From a bacterium (GTDB lineage Bacteria > SZUA-79 > Acidulodesulfobacterales > Acidulodesulfobacteraceae), in contig JAKAPT010000002.1 in assembly GCA_021806885.1 (NCBI GenBank), forward strand, positions 1 to 52,602: DNA of 52,602 nt. Reading direction: 5' to 3'. The notes beneath the pieces were generated by a model that worked only from the letters and a program-made list of their open reading frames with translations, searched no databases and had not been told where the DNA came from. Shown one piece after another: positions 12,108 to 22,021 of the stretch. Every line of letters starts with the position of its first letter. Position 1 is the stretch's first letter. Position numbers and translations under genes: made by a program.

Positions 12108-13064
12108 TTGGAATTTATAAAAAATACCCATTTTAATTTTATCGGAAAAAGGAAATATTCTTTTATAATTTCATCCATCTTCGTTATTTTAGGCGTAATC
12201 GAAATAATATCGATGGTTCTTGGAACGGCAAGGATAGGCATAGACTTTACCGGCGGGCTTTCAATGGAGCTTGCCTTCAAAAACCGGGTCAATATTGCCT
12301 CGGTAAGGAAAGTTCTTCTGGCAAGCGGCTTCAGGGACGTAAAGATAGTCAAAATAAAAGGGAAGAACGACATCATAATAAGGACGATTGCCTCGAGCTC
12401 GGACCTCAACAAATATACCGAGGGGGTAAAATCCGCCATCGCGCAGGGAATAAAGGACAACGCTTTTACGGTTATAAACAATGAAATGATCGGGCCTTCC
12501 GTCGGAAAAAGGCTTTCCAGGGACGCGATCATCGCGATTATAATTTCAATCATCGCTATAATATTTTATATTACATGGAGGTTTGAGTTCAGGTTCGGTC
12601 TCGCCGCGGCCGTAGGGCTTGCCCATGACGTTTTAGCGCTCCTCGGGATTATCTTTATTTTCCAGAAGGAAATCACCCTGCTTGTCATTACGGCCCTTTT
12701 GACCGTCGCGGGGTATTCCCTTACCGACAAGGTCGTCGTGTTCGACAGGATACGCGAGAATCTCAAAATAGCGATGGAAAAATTCGGGGACCATGTTAAC
12801 TTTAACCTTAAAGACCTTGTAAACAACTCTATAAACGAGGTTCTTACGAGGACGGTCGTTACGTCCCTTACCGTTTTCCTTGTCGTCCTTTCACTGTTTT
12901 TCCTTGGGGGGATAGTCCTTCACGATTTTTCTTTTACGCTTCTCTGGGGAATAATAATAGGAACATACTCATCGATATTTATAGCGAGCCCCGTAATGGT
13001 CATGCTTAACGAAAAACATTACCAGGATTCAAAGCCGGCCCGGAACAAGAAAAATGAACAATAA
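12108..13064 (+). CDS. secF: protein translocase subunit SecF
   Basis: GIDFTGG, a LAHDVL-type TM bundle, YSLTDKVVVFDRIREN. Immediately downstream of secD. Confidence 0.95.
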   Translation: MEFIKNTHFNFIGKRKYSFIISSIFVILGVIEIISMVLGTARIGIDFTGGLSMELAFKNRVNIASVRKVLLASGFRDVKIVKIKGKNDIIIRTIASSSDLNKYTEGVKSAIAQGIKDNAFTVINNEMIGPSVGKRLSRDAIIAIIISIIAIIFYITWRFEFRFGLAAAVGLAHDVLALLGIIFIFQKEITLLVITALLTVAGYSLTDKVVVFDRIRENLKIAMEKFGDHVNFNLKDLVNNSINEVLTRTVVTSLTVFLVVLSLFFLGGIVLHDFSFTLLWGIIIGTYSSIFIASPVMVMLNEKHYQDSKPARNKKNEQ

Positions 13065-14964
13065 AGGCGATGCGGAAGAATATTTAAAAGAACAACTTAA
13101 AATAATTATAGAAAGCCTCAATTCCGTCCGAAAAAATTCCCTTTTTCACTCACTAATCCATAAAAGAATATTCGCGCAGCTTAATTATGACCCTTTTTTC
13201 GCTGAAACGCTTAACCGGCATATCGATTCCGATTTAAAAGACAGGGAATTCGAGGACTTTATTTATAATTTCACGTCAAACTACCTTAATCCTTCCCTTA
13301 AATCCCTCAGCGATCCCTTTCTTATTAAGGACATGGGAATGGCCGTGGAAAGGCTCGAGAAAGCGCTGTTGGAAAACGAAACCATATGCGTGTACGGGGA
13401 TTACGACGTCGACGGCATTACAGCCACGTCATTTCTTGTATCTTTTCTAAGGGAGTTAAGAAAACTAATCCATAACGGGGACGGGGACGGCTCCCGCGGG
13501 ATATTCTACAAAATACCCGACAGGATAAAAGACGGCTACGGCTTGAGCCTGGAGCCGATAGACGAGATACGCGAGTTGATAAATAACTCCGGGTATCCCC
13601 CGCTAACCCTTCTCATAACCGTAGACCTTGGAATCACCAATACGCAGGAAGTCCTGTACGCCAACAGTAAAAATATTGACGTTATAATCTGCGACCACCA
13701 CGAAGTCCCTATGAACAGCGATAATTCCGGCGAAATCATTCCTGAGGCGTTCGCCGTCCTCAACCCCAAGAGAAAGGGGGACGCGTTTCCTTTTAAATTC
13801 CTGCCGGGCGTGGGGATAGCCTTTAATCTCGGCAGGGCGTTAAGGAACTATTTATTTACTAATAATATAATAACCGCGTGTCCCAACCTCAAGGATTACC
13901 TTGATATCGTGTGCCTCGGCATAATCGCCGACATGGTGCCGATGTATGGGGACAACAGGACCCTTACCCACTTCGGGCTTAAAAAAATAAACTCGAACCC
14001 CAGGCATGGAATAAAAGAATTAAAAAGAATTTGCGGACTTAATTTCGACAATGTTAACGAATCCGATATCGCCTGGAAAATAGCGCCTAAAATAAATGCC
14101 GCCGGAAGGGTCGAAAGCCCTGAGACCGCCGTTGAGCTTTTGATAGAAAAGGATCCGGAAAATGTATTCATGCTCGCGAAAAAACTTGAAGACGCCAACA
14201 AAAAAAGACAGGCGCTAGAAGATATATGTTTTACGGAGGCCTTGTCCCTCATGGAGCAGGACAACCGCGCCTCGTCCCTTTCTCCGCTTATAGTCCTGAA
14301 AGGACAGACGTGGCATCCGGGGGTTATAGGAATAGTTTCGTCAAGGCTTGTCGAACATTTTAAAAAACCCGTCCTTCTTCTTTCCGGATACAAAAAAACC
14401 GCGCACATAGGCTCGGCGAGATCCTGCGGAAACATAGATATATATGAATACCTCAAGGGCTTCCAGAACTTTTTCGTAAAATTCGGCGGTCATAAAATGG
14501 CCTGCGGGGTTACAATAAAAAATGAGGATGTGGACGATTTTATCCGGGAAATATATTCGCGAGGAAGCGTCGCGGAGGAAAATTTTTACCCGGAGAAGCT
14601 TTCAGGCACGGATCCCGTGTCCCCGGCGTATGACGAAGAAATAGATTTTTCTGCCATAGGCAGGGATAATGTTGCGGAAATCGTAAATATACTTTCTCCC
14701 TACGGGTTTTTGAATGAAACGCCGAAATTCCTGATGAGAAACATAAGGCTTTTAAATATAAGCAGGCGCTCCGGTCAAAACTCCCGCGCCTATTTTACCC
14801 TCGCTGTCGAGAATTCCAGAATTAATAACGGCATAAAGCACAAGGCCCTTTTATTCAACAGGCATATAGGGGACGAAAACCTCGAACCCGCCGCCGTAGA
14901 CGGAATAATATTCGAATTTTTTAACAAGTACATCAAGATAATCAATATCTTAACCGTCACATAG
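13054..14964 (+). CDS. recJ: single-stranded-DNA-specific exonuclease RecJ
   Basis: DHH motifs (VYGDYDVDGITA, VDLGITN, ICDHHE) and DHHA1 motifs (GGHKMACG). Overlaps secF by 11 nt. Confidence 0.9.
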   Translation: MNNKGDAEEYLKEQLKIIIESLNSVRKNSLFHSLIHKRIFAQLNYDPFFAETLNRHIDSDLKDREFEDFIYNFTSNYLNPSLKSLSDPFLIKDMGMAVERLEKALLENETICVYGDYDVDGITATSFLVSFLRELRKLIHNGDGDGSRGIFYKIPDRIKDGYGLSLEPIDEIRELINNSGYPPLTLLITVDLGITNTQEVLYANSKNIDVIICDHHEVPMNSDNSGEIIPEAFAVLNPKRKGDAFPFKFLPGVGIAFNLGRALRNYLFTNNIITACPNLKDYLDIVCLGIIADMVPMYGDNRTLTHFGLKKINSNPRHGIKELKRICGLNFDNVNESDIAWKIAPKINAAGRVESPETAVELLIEKDPENVFMLAKKLEDANKKRQALEDICFTEALSLMEQDNRASSLSPLIVLKGQTWHPGVIGIVSSRLVEHFKKPVLLLSGYKKTAHIGSARSCGNIDIYEYLKGFQNFFVKFGGHKMACGVTIKNEDVDDFIREIYSRGSVAEENFYPEKLSGTDPVSPAYDEEIDFSAIGRDNVAEIVNILSPYGFLNETPKFLMRNIRLLNISRRSGQNSRAYFTLAVENSRINNGIKHKALLFNRHIGDENLEPAAVDGIIFEFFNKYIKIINILTVT

Positions 14965-14965
14965 T

Positions 14966-15817
14966 TCACGCGCCGGCCAGGGCGGGTTTCTTCTTAAATA
15001 TCCATATCAATGATGAAATCAATATGCCGATTTCATACATTGAATACAAGGGGACGGCTATAAACAGCATCGTGACGATATCCGCGTGAAATGCCGCAAT
15101 TATAAGGCTCAATATAAGGGCGTATTTCCTGTATTTTTTCAGAAACGCGGGCTTGAGTATCCCGGCTATGGAAAAAAGCGCGGATACCAGCGGAAGCTCG
15201 AATATAAGGCCAAAGATAAGGGATAGCCTTAAGGCAAAATTTACATAGTGGCTGATGTTTATCAGCGGGGTAAGCCCGGAGCTTTGATAGCTCAGGGAGA
15301 AATTTATTACGGCCGGCCAGATAAAAAATATCATGAATATCATTCCCGCTATAAAAAAAATCGTTCCAAAAAACAGGAACGGGAAAAGGTAAAATTTTTC
15401 CTTCCTTTTAAGCGCGGGATTTATAAACCGCCATATTTCAAAAAGTATGAACGGCAGCGTTATCAGGAACCCGAGAATAATCGAAACCTTTACCTGGATA
15501 AAAAACGGCTCCAGCGGCCTTGAATAGTGCAGGCGATGCCTTTTAAAGACCTTCGGGGTCTTATTAAGTCCCGCCGCTTTGTAAACGTAAGGATCCTTCT
15601 CTTTAATGTAATTCTTGAGGTCACCGGAAAGGTATGTTATATACGTGGGCTGTTCAAGCGGAAGCTCGATGAAATCTATGGCCATATAGGAGAGGCGCCA
15701 CGCTAGTCCCATACCGATTATCAAAAAGATAAATATGTAGAATATCCTTTTCCTGAGTTCGGAGAAATGTTCGAGGAAAGGCATTTTCCCTTCATTGTTG
15801 GAATTTTTTTTGCTCAT
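14966..15817 (-). CDS. tatC: twin-arginine translocase subunit TatC
   Basis: MPFLEHFSELRKR followed by six predicted TM segments typical of TatC. Confidence 0.92.
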   Translation of the reverse strand: MSKKNSNNEGKMPFLEHFSELRKRIFYIFIFLIIGMGLAWRLSYMAIDFIELPLEQPTYITYLSGDLKNYIKEKDPYVYKAAGLNKTPKVFKRHRLHYSRPLEPFFIQVKVSIILGFLITLPFILFEIWRFINPALKRKEKFYLFPFLFFGTIFFIAGMIFMIFFIWPAVINFSLSYQSSGLTPLINISHYVNFALRLSLIFGLIFELPLVSALFSIAGILKPAFLKKYRKYALILSLIIAAFHADIVTMLFIAVPLYSMYEIGILISSLIWIFKKKPALAGA

Positions 15818-15846
15818 TAAACAAAACGCCCCGGCATTTTAATACC

Positions 15847-15904
15847 CGCCGTCCGGTTTAGCTTTGCAGAGCCCGCCCTCGCGGACGGGCACTTCCCGGC
15901 GGCG
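15847..15904 (-). other. GC-rich structured intergenic element: a 9-bp outer helix enclosing an 8-bp GCGA-capped hairpin
   Basis: Outer pairing is 15847-15856 with 15896-15904 (one bulge). The inner hairpin at 15871-15890 reads GCCCGUCC-GCGA-GGGCGGGC on the minus strand. One pair is G-U on the minus strand but C-A on the plus strand, which favours a minus-strand RNA. Lies between tusA and tatC. Confidence 0.4.
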
Positions 15905-15950
15905 TTAGTTAAAATTTCCGGGGAATTGATTTCTGAATTTTAATAATATC

Positions 15951-16184
15951 TCAGGCCTTTTTAACGTAAAATAAAAATTTTCCGCCTTCTTCGGCAGAGT
16001 CGAGAAGCTCGTTGCCCGTTCTCTTGCACCACGCGACCATGTCGTTTTTGGAACCAGGGTCGGTGGAAATAATCTTAAGAACCTGTCCTGAAGACAAGGT
16101 GTCTATTTCTTTTTTAGTCTTAACGATGGGCAACGGACATGAAAGTCCGCTCGCGTCTAAGGTTTTATCGGGATTAACTGCCAT
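15951..16184 (-). CDS. tusA: TusA/SirA-family sulfur-carrier protein
   Basis: 77 aa with the active-site motif GLSCPLPIVKTKK. Confidence 0.85.
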   Translation of the reverse strand: MAVNPDKTLDASGLSCPLPIVKTKKEIDTLSSGQVLKIISTDPGSKNDMVAWCKRTGNELLDSAEEGGKFLFYVKKA

Positions 16185-16279
16185 AAATTTTTCCTCCTTA
16201 TGTTAATTTTTGTCAGCATAATTAAAAATTTTGTTTATTTTATTACCTAATTCCTAAAAAGTCAACATGCTTGGACAGC

Positions 16280-16987
16280 CTAACCGGATGATTTTCGCGG
16301 GAAATTCAATGTAACGACCTCCCTCTCCGCTCCTGGCTTTCCCAGCCTTTTTCCGTTATAATCAAGTATTATTCCGCCCGCGTTGCCGATTTTTATATAT
16401 ATATGGTTTTTCGCTTTCCATATCTTTTTGTCCCCCGCGTAAAGCATGAAGGTCTCTTCCGGTTTGTTATCCACCTTTACGGCTATCCAGGTCTTTTGAA
16501 CGACCTTCCCCTCAAGAAAAAAGTTCGCGGACCCGCCAATACCTTTTTGAACGGACGCGGCGCTGGAAGATGGCTTATTAACCCTGAGAGATTTAAAGTA
16601 ATAAAATGCCTTTAAGGAAATAAAAAGAACGGCTAACGCCATTAAAAGAAAAGCAAGGGATATTAAAATCATCGTCCTTATCTTATGATATTTAATCCTT
16701 TCTTCTTTAACGCGGTTTCCCACAAGGTCTTCGACCTTTCTTTCTTTGAGATTTTTCTTAACGTGGGGCTCTGCAAGTTCGAGGGCGCGCGCGGAGTCGG
16801 CATTTACGGCCTTCGATATTAACCTTACGTATCCTTTAAGGAGATGGGGCGAGGGCAGTGAGGAAAAATCGCCTTCTTCGATGGCTTTTATAAAAACCGG
16901 ACGTATTTTCGTAACCCTGGCTATATCTTCTATCGACAGCCCGGAATCCTTTCTTTTGGATTCAAGATATTCGCTCAGGGTTTCCAT
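16280..16987 (-). CDS. RodZ-like cytoskeleton protein (XRE-type HTH, one TM, C-terminal DUF4115-like domain)
   Basis: N-terminal HTH (GLSIEDIARVTKIRPVFIKAIEEGDF), a central TM (MILISLAFLLMALAVLFISL), and a beta-rich C-terminus. Confidence 0.7.
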   Translation of the reverse strand: METLSEYLESKRKDSGLSIEDIARVTKIRPVFIKAIEEGDFSSLPSPHLLKGYVRLISKAVNADSARALELAEPHVKKNLKERKVEDLVGNRVKEERIKYHKIRTMILISLAFLLMALAVLFISLKAFYYFKSLRVNKPSSSAASVQKGIGGSANFFLEGKVVQKTWIAVKVDNKPEETFMLYAGDKKIWKAKNHIYIKIGNAGGIILDYNGKRLGKPGAEREVVTLNFPRKSSG

Positions 16988-17046
16988 AAAAAACCTTAAC
17001 TTTTAAGCGAGCTGCGCTGAGCTCCGGTTTCCGCCCGCCGCTCGGT

Positions 17047-17826
17047 TCACTTTTTTATCTTACCAAGGTATTTCAAAGATTTTTGGCAGTATTTGCTCTC
17101 GTTGTCCTGTTTGCATATTTCTTCAAAAATGGCTTTTGATTTTTTTATCCTGTTCATTTTGTAATATGCGACTCCCCGGCCATACTCACCGGGAAGGAAT
17201 ACCCCTTCAATATCAATGGATTCCTTGAAATTTTTTAGGCTTTTGTCTAACTTTCCGGTCGCAAGGTAGAGCTTTCCGAAATAGTAATACGTAAGATAGT
17301 AATTCTTGTTTAGAGACCTGGAAATAAGAAGGATTCTCTTTGCCCGCGAGAATTTTTTTTCTTTTATGTATATCTTGGCGAGAAGGGTATAGCTCTGGTA
17401 AGGTTTTTCGTAAAAAGGGTTCGCGAGGGCGAGCTTAAGGTTTTCCCCGGCGTTTTTGTAATCCTTATCCATAATATATATCAATGCGAGGTTATAATAC
17501 GCATCTGAAAAGTTTTTATCAAGGCTTACGGCTTTTTTAAAGCTTGAAATTGCTTTGTTTTGCCTGTAGGTCACCATGTAAACCATTCCCATCGCGTTAT
17601 AATTCCTGGCGGAATATGGGTCGTGGTTCCTGGCTTTTAAAAACTGCTGGAGGGCGTTTATGTAATCCCCTTTTTTGTAATAGCTCGCCCCTACGGCGTA
17701 ATGAAGGTTAGATTCCAGCCGGTCTTTTTGTGTAACCCCGGCCGTGCTGCAGCCACCGAGTATTAATGGCGCGACCGATGCCAGGATAAACAAAATAAAA
17801 AGCCTGAAAGCATTTTGGTTCCCCAT
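17047..17826 (-). CDS. TPR-repeat lipoprotein (PilW/PilF- or BamD-like)
   Basis: Lipobox LILGGC|S, then about six TPR units (for example AYYNLALIYIMDKDYKNAGENLKLAL). Confidence 0.7.
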   Translation of the reverse strand: MGNQNAFRLFILFILASVAPLILGGCSTAGVTQKDRLESNLHYAVGASYYKKGDYINALQQFLKARNHDPYSARNYNAMGMVYMVTYRQNKAISSFKKAVSLDKNFSDAYYNLALIYIMDKDYKNAGENLKLALANPFYEKPYQSYTLLAKIYIKEKKFSRAKRILLISRSLNKNYYLTYYYFGKLYLATGKLDKSLKNFKESIDIEGVFLPGEYGRGVAYYKMNRIKKSKAIFEEICKQDNESKYCQKSLKYLGKIKK

Positions 17827-17827
17827 G

Positions 17828-18739
17828 TTATATGCTTAACCCCCCAAAATACGTCATATCTCTGAACTTTGCGAATCTGTTCTTGAGTTCACTAAACTCG
17901 ATGTTTAAGAGCCTTTCCACCGAAAAATCCTCGACCGTGAAAGAAGCCATGATATTCCCGAAAACCAGCGCTCTTTTTAAATTTTCAAAGGTCATATCGG
18001 AGGTGTTGTCCAAATATCCGAGGAAGCCTCCGGCGAACGAGTCCCCCGCCCCCGTGGGGTCCTTTACGTCCTCGAGCGGGTAGGCCGGGACTATGAAAAA
18101 CCTGCCGTCCGCGAACATTGTGGCCCCGTAGGCTCCCCTTTTGAGTACGAGTATCTTGACCCCGAGTTTGAATATGGAATCCGCGGCGGAGAAAATCGAG
18201 GCCTCTCCGGTAAGAAGCCTTGCCTCGGATTCATTAATAATGAAAACATCCGATTTTTCGATAACCTTGAGAAGCGCAGCCTTTTTCCCTTCTATCCAGA
18301 AATTCATCGTGTCAAGGGCGATAAGCCCCGGAGAGTCCATCTGGCTTAATACGTTAAGCTGAAGTTCCGGGTCAATATTGGCAAGAAAAAGCATGTCCCC
18401 TTTGAACCTACGGGGAACGACGGGCCTGAAACCGGAAAACACGCCGAGCCGCGTATCCAGGGTTTCGGGGTCCGAGAGGTCGTATCCATACCTTCCCTCC
18501 CAGTGAAAGGTTTGGCCCTCTTGCATCTTTACGGCCGAGACATCGATGCCCCTTTTGCTAAAAATGTCAAGGTATTCCCTGTCGAAATCGGTTCCCACCA
18601 CCCCTATTATCCGCACATCGGTCAAAAAAGAGGCCGCGATGGAAAAAAACGAGGCGGACCCTCCAAGTATATTCGCGGCCTTCCTGAAAGGGGTTTCTAT
18701 ATTGTCCATCGCGAGAGATCCTACCACCGTTATGGCCAT
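17828..18739 (-). CDS. PfkB-family carbohydrate/nucleoside kinase
   Basis: Ribokinase-fold motifs: GGSASFF near the N-terminus and DPTGAGDSFAGGF near the C-terminus. Overlaps mtnP by 10 nt, so a purine or MTA-salvage role is plausible but unproven. Confidence 0.8.
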   Translation of the reverse strand: MAITVVGSLAMDNIETPFRKAANILGGSASFFSIAASFLTDVRIIGVVGTDFDREYLDIFSKRGIDVSAVKMQEGQTFHWEGRYGYDLSDPETLDTRLGVFSGFRPVVPRRFKGDMLFLANIDPELQLNVLSQMDSPGLIALDTMNFWIEGKKAALLKVIEKSDVFIINESEARLLTGEASIFSAADSIFKLGVKILVLKRGAYGATMFADGRFFIVPAYPLEDVKDPTGAGDSFAGGFLGYLDNTSDMTFENLKRALVFGNIMASFTVEDFSVERLLNIEFSELKNRFAKFRDMTYFGGLSI

Positions 18740-19593
18740 AAAATTGCCTCCAGCTCTTTTAACCTTTCCGGGGAAACATCTTTTTTGGCGGTAACAACCG
18801 CGTACTTAAGGGATTCATGGCACGAACATTCCCTTTCTTCAAAATCGATGGTTTTAAGGGTATGCTTGATTATATTTTTTGCCTTTTCCGCGTTTTCGTT
18901 AAGGGTTTTCAATATAATCTCAGCGGTAACGTTTTCTTCCTCTTCGTGCCAGCAGTCGTAATCGGTTGACATCGCGATGGTAGAATAGCATAATTGTGCT
19001 TCCCGCGCAAATTTCGCCTCCGTCGCGTTGGTCATTCCTATGACGTCAAAACCGTTTTTCCTGAAAAAAAGGGATTCGGCCCTGGTTGAAAATTGCGGGC
19101 CTTCAATGCAAATGTAAGTGCCGCCCTTATGGCAATTTATCCCCAGGGCACCGCACGAATCAATTATTGTTTTCCGCAGGTATGGGCATACCGGCTCGGC
19201 CATGGAGGCATGGGCGACCACGCCGTTTCCAAAATATGTGTTTTTCCTGTTTTTCGTGAAATCGAAAAACTGGTCGACCGCGACCATGTCGCCAGGCTTT
19301 ATATCTTCCTTGAGGCTGCCGACCGCGCTGACGGAAATAATTTTCTTCACTCCCGCGGTTTTGAGCGCGTAAACGTTGGCCGCGAAATTTATTTCGGACG
19401 GCGTTATCCTGTGGCCGCGCCCGTGCCTTGGAAGAAAAACAATCTTCCTGCCTTCCATTTCGCCGAAAACTAAATTATCGGAAGGGCTCCCGTAAGGCGT
19501 TTCTATCTTTTCCTCTTTGAGGATTTTAATCCCCTCGATGCGGTAAAGCCCGCTTCCCCCGATAACCCCAAGAATATTTTCATTTTTTCCCAT
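18730..19593 (-). CDS. mtnP: S-methyl-5'-thioadenosine phosphorylase
   Basis: GVIGGSGLY, FLPRHGRGH, and a PNP/MTAP-family core. Confidence 0.9.
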   Translation of the reverse strand: MGKNENILGVIGGSGLYRIEGIKILKEEKIETPYGSPSDNLVFGEMEGRKIVFLPRHGRGHRITPSEINFAANVYALKTAGVKKIISVSAVGSLKEDIKPGDMVAVDQFFDFTKNRKNTYFGNGVVAHASMAEPVCPYLRKTIIDSCGALGINCHKGGTYICIEGPQFSTRAESLFFRKNGFDVIGMTNATEAKFAREAQLCYSTIAMSTDYDCWHEEEENVTAEIILKTLNENAEKAKNIIKHTLKTIDFEERECSCHESLKYAVVTAKKDVSPERLKELEAILWP

Positions 19594-19627
19594 AAACGGC
19601 TCCCCGTTAATTTATTTGTATTTTAAT

Positions 19628-20284
19628 TTATTTATCATTTTTAATAAAGCATAAGAGCCTTTCTTTGATGTTGTTTTCCCCTTCCCTCACGAAGGAAAAA
19701 CCTTTTTTTTTGACCTGTATTACGGTTGAAGTCCCGCCGTTAAGCCTTCCTCCGTCAATAAGCATTATTTTTTCGGAATGGTTGCCCAGATTTATTCCAG
19801 AAAAAAGCCTTGCCACATTCTCGAAATTGTCTATCTCCCCTTCCCCGGAAATATTCGCGCTCGTGGCGGTTACGGGAAAATCCACATGCTCGAACAATTC
19901 GGCAGGGAAAGGATGCGAGGAAACCCTCGCGCCAACCAGGTTCGATCCCGCGATAAAGGCCAAATTTTCAATTGATTTTCTGGCTTTAAACAGGATTGTC
20001 AGGGGGCCGGGCCAGAACCTGGAAATTATGTCCTCCTCCCTGTGGTTTGTCGCGGCAATGCTTATAAGCATTTTTAAATTTTTTACTATTACCGGAAGGG
20101 GTTTCGAAAAGTCGCGGCCTTTAATGCCGTATATCTTTTTAACTGCTTCGTTATTCAGGGCGTTTGCGCCTATTCCGTAAGAAGTTTCCGTAGGATACAC
20201 TATAATCCCGGAAGAGCGCAGATGCGAGGCGACGGCTTCATAACCGCGGGCGCCGAGTTCATCCTGTTTCAGCGTTAAAATCAT
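19628..20284 (-). CDS. tsaC: L-threonylcarbamoyladenylate synthase (YrdC domain only)
   Basis: IIVYPTETSYGIGANA, KGRDFSKPLPVIV, SANISGE. Confidence 0.85.
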   Translation of the reverse strand: MILTLKQDELGARGYEAVASHLRSSGIIVYPTETSYGIGANALNNEAVKKIYGIKGRDFSKPLPVIVKNLKMLISIAATNHREEDIISRFWPGPLTILFKARKSIENLAFIAGSNLVGARVSSHPFPAELFEHVDFPVTATSANISGEGEIDNFENVARLFSGINLGNHSEKIMLIDGGRLNGGTSTVIQVKKKGFSFVREGENNIKERLLCFIKNDK

Positions 20285-20292
20285 AAGCCTCC

Positions 20293-20739
20293 TCAGATTT
20301 TATCTTTTTTATCCTTACCGGACGAAACAACGAGAAAAACCCCATAAAGGGTAATAAAAATTCCGGCCCAGCGGAGCAGAGGGATATTTTCCTTGAGGGC
20401 AAACGAGGCGAGTACGACGGTCAATATTACGCCAAGGCTTACGAAAGGATAAGCCGCCGACAGGTCCATCTTCGAAAGGACGTTTATCCAGAAAAACATC
20501 GAGACGAGATACAAAAATATGCCCGCAAGGACAAACTTGTTCAAAAATATTACAAGAAGGATTTTAACGATAAGGTATATGCCAATAGAGGGGCTGGTGC
20601 CGGAAGAAAGGTTTCCGTCCGTCAACCCGGAGGCGGATTTCATGCCAATTTTCATTAAAAGCTGGGCAAAAACTCCCGCAATGATGCTTACGGCAAGATT
20701 AAGATAAACAGCCCCTCTCTTCGCCTGTTTTTCCTTCAA
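20293..20739 (-). CDS. small 4-TM DMT/EamA-like membrane protein
   Basis: 148 aa with four hydrophobic segments and an EamA-like half-transporter layout. Start overlaps the purD stop by 4 nt. Confidence 0.55.
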   Translation of the reverse strand: MKEKQAKRGAVYLNLAVSIIAGVFAQLLMKIGMKSASGLTDGNLSSGTSPSIGIYLIVKILLVIFLNKFVLAGIFLYLVSMFFWINVLSKMDLSAAYPFVSLGVILTVVLASFALKENIPLLRWAGIFITLYGVFLVVSSGKDKKDKI

Positions 20740-22001
20740 GTGAGCTCCTTTCCGATATCCTTCCTGAAATATTTGTTTTTAAAATCGATTTTCCCGGCTA
20801 TCTCGTATGCCTTCGTAGTTATATCCCTGGTTTTTCCTTTTACGCAGATATTAAGAACCCTTCCGCCGTCGGTGAAATATTTCCCGCCTTTCTTTTTTGT
20901 CCCCGCGTGAAATATAAAATATTTCTTATCATTGTTTTTGGGAAGCCCTTCAAAAGATATTTCATAGCCGGTATCGTATTTTCCGGGGTATCCGCCGGAC
21001 GCCATTACGAGACAAACCGATTTATTATCGTCGAACTCGATATCGAAATCCCCGAGCCGTTCATCGATGACGGAGTCAAACAGGTCGACTATGTCCGATT
21101 TAAGCCTTATTAAGATTGCCTGGGTCTCCGGGTCTCCGAACCGGACATTAAACTCCAGCACATTGATGTTATCCCCGTCGATCATAACCCCCGCGTAAAG
21201 CACGCCTTTGTATTTTATTCCTTCCTTCCTCATGGCTCCCAGGGTTTTTTCAATAATCTCTTTTTTAATTTTATCCTCAAGCGAACCGGAAACAAAAGGA
21301 TTTGGAGTTATCGCCCCCATTCCCCCCGTGTTTTCACCCCTGCCCCCGTCGAATATTTTCTTATAGTCCATGCTGGTTACAAGCGGTTTATAGGAAATCC
21401 CGTCAGTTACCACCATGTAAGAGAGTTCGAATCCCTTGAGAAAATCCTCGATAACCACTGTGTCGCCGCTTTCACCGAAAATCTTTTTATTAAAAATCTT
21501 ATCAAGTATAATTTTAGAATCCCCCGGGGTTTCAGGGATAAAAACGCCCTTCCCGGCCGCGAGCCCGCTTGCCTTGATAACAATGGGGTGGGGTTTTTTG
21601 GAAGCGAAATCGTTTGCGGCGTCAAAGCAGGTAAATACCTTGTAATCCGCTGTTCTTATACCGTTGCGGTTCAAAAAATCCTTTGAAAATTCCTTCGAGG
21701 ACTCAAGGAGCGAGGCTTTTTTACCGGGACCGAAAATCCTGAGTCCGTTCTCGTTGAATTCATCGGCTATTCCAAGGGAAAGAGGAATTTCAGGCCCCAC
21801 GACCGTTAAATCGATTTTATTTTCAAGGGCAAATTCAAGAAGTCCTTTTACGTCGGAGGCTTTTATATCTACGGCGCGCGCCTCGTCCGATATTCCGCCG
21901 TTACCGGGAGCGCAGTAAACCTCAGGATTATGACGCGAATTCCTGATAGAGTTTACTATCGCGTGCTCCCTTCCTCCCGAGCCTATCACCAGAACCTTCA
22001 T
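20736..22001 (-). CDS. purD: phosphoribosylamine--glycine ligase
   Basis: MKVLVIGSGGREHA and an ATP-grasp core, over the full length. Confidence 0.95.
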   Translation of the reverse strand: MKVLVIGSGGREHAIVNSIRNSRHNPEVYCAPGNGGISDEARAVDIKASDVKGLLEFALENKIDLTVVGPEIPLSLGIADEFNENGLRIFGPGKKASLLESSKEFSKDFLNRNGIRTADYKVFTCFDAANDFASKKPHPIVIKASGLAAGKGVFIPETPGDSKIILDKIFNKKIFGESGDTVVIEDFLKGFELSYMVVTDGISYKPLVTSMDYKKIFDGGRGENTGGMGAITPNPFVSGSLEDKIKKEIIEKTLGAMRKEGIKYKGVLYAGVMIDGDNINVLEFNVRFGDPETQAILIRLKSDIVDLFDSVIDERLGDFDIEFDDNKSVCLVMASGGYPGKYDTGYEISFEGLPKNNDKKYFIFHAGTKKKGGKYFTDGGRVLNICVKGKTRDITTKAYEIAGKIDFKNKYFRKDIGKELT

Positions 22002-22021
22002 AAATTTTTATTATTGGGACA

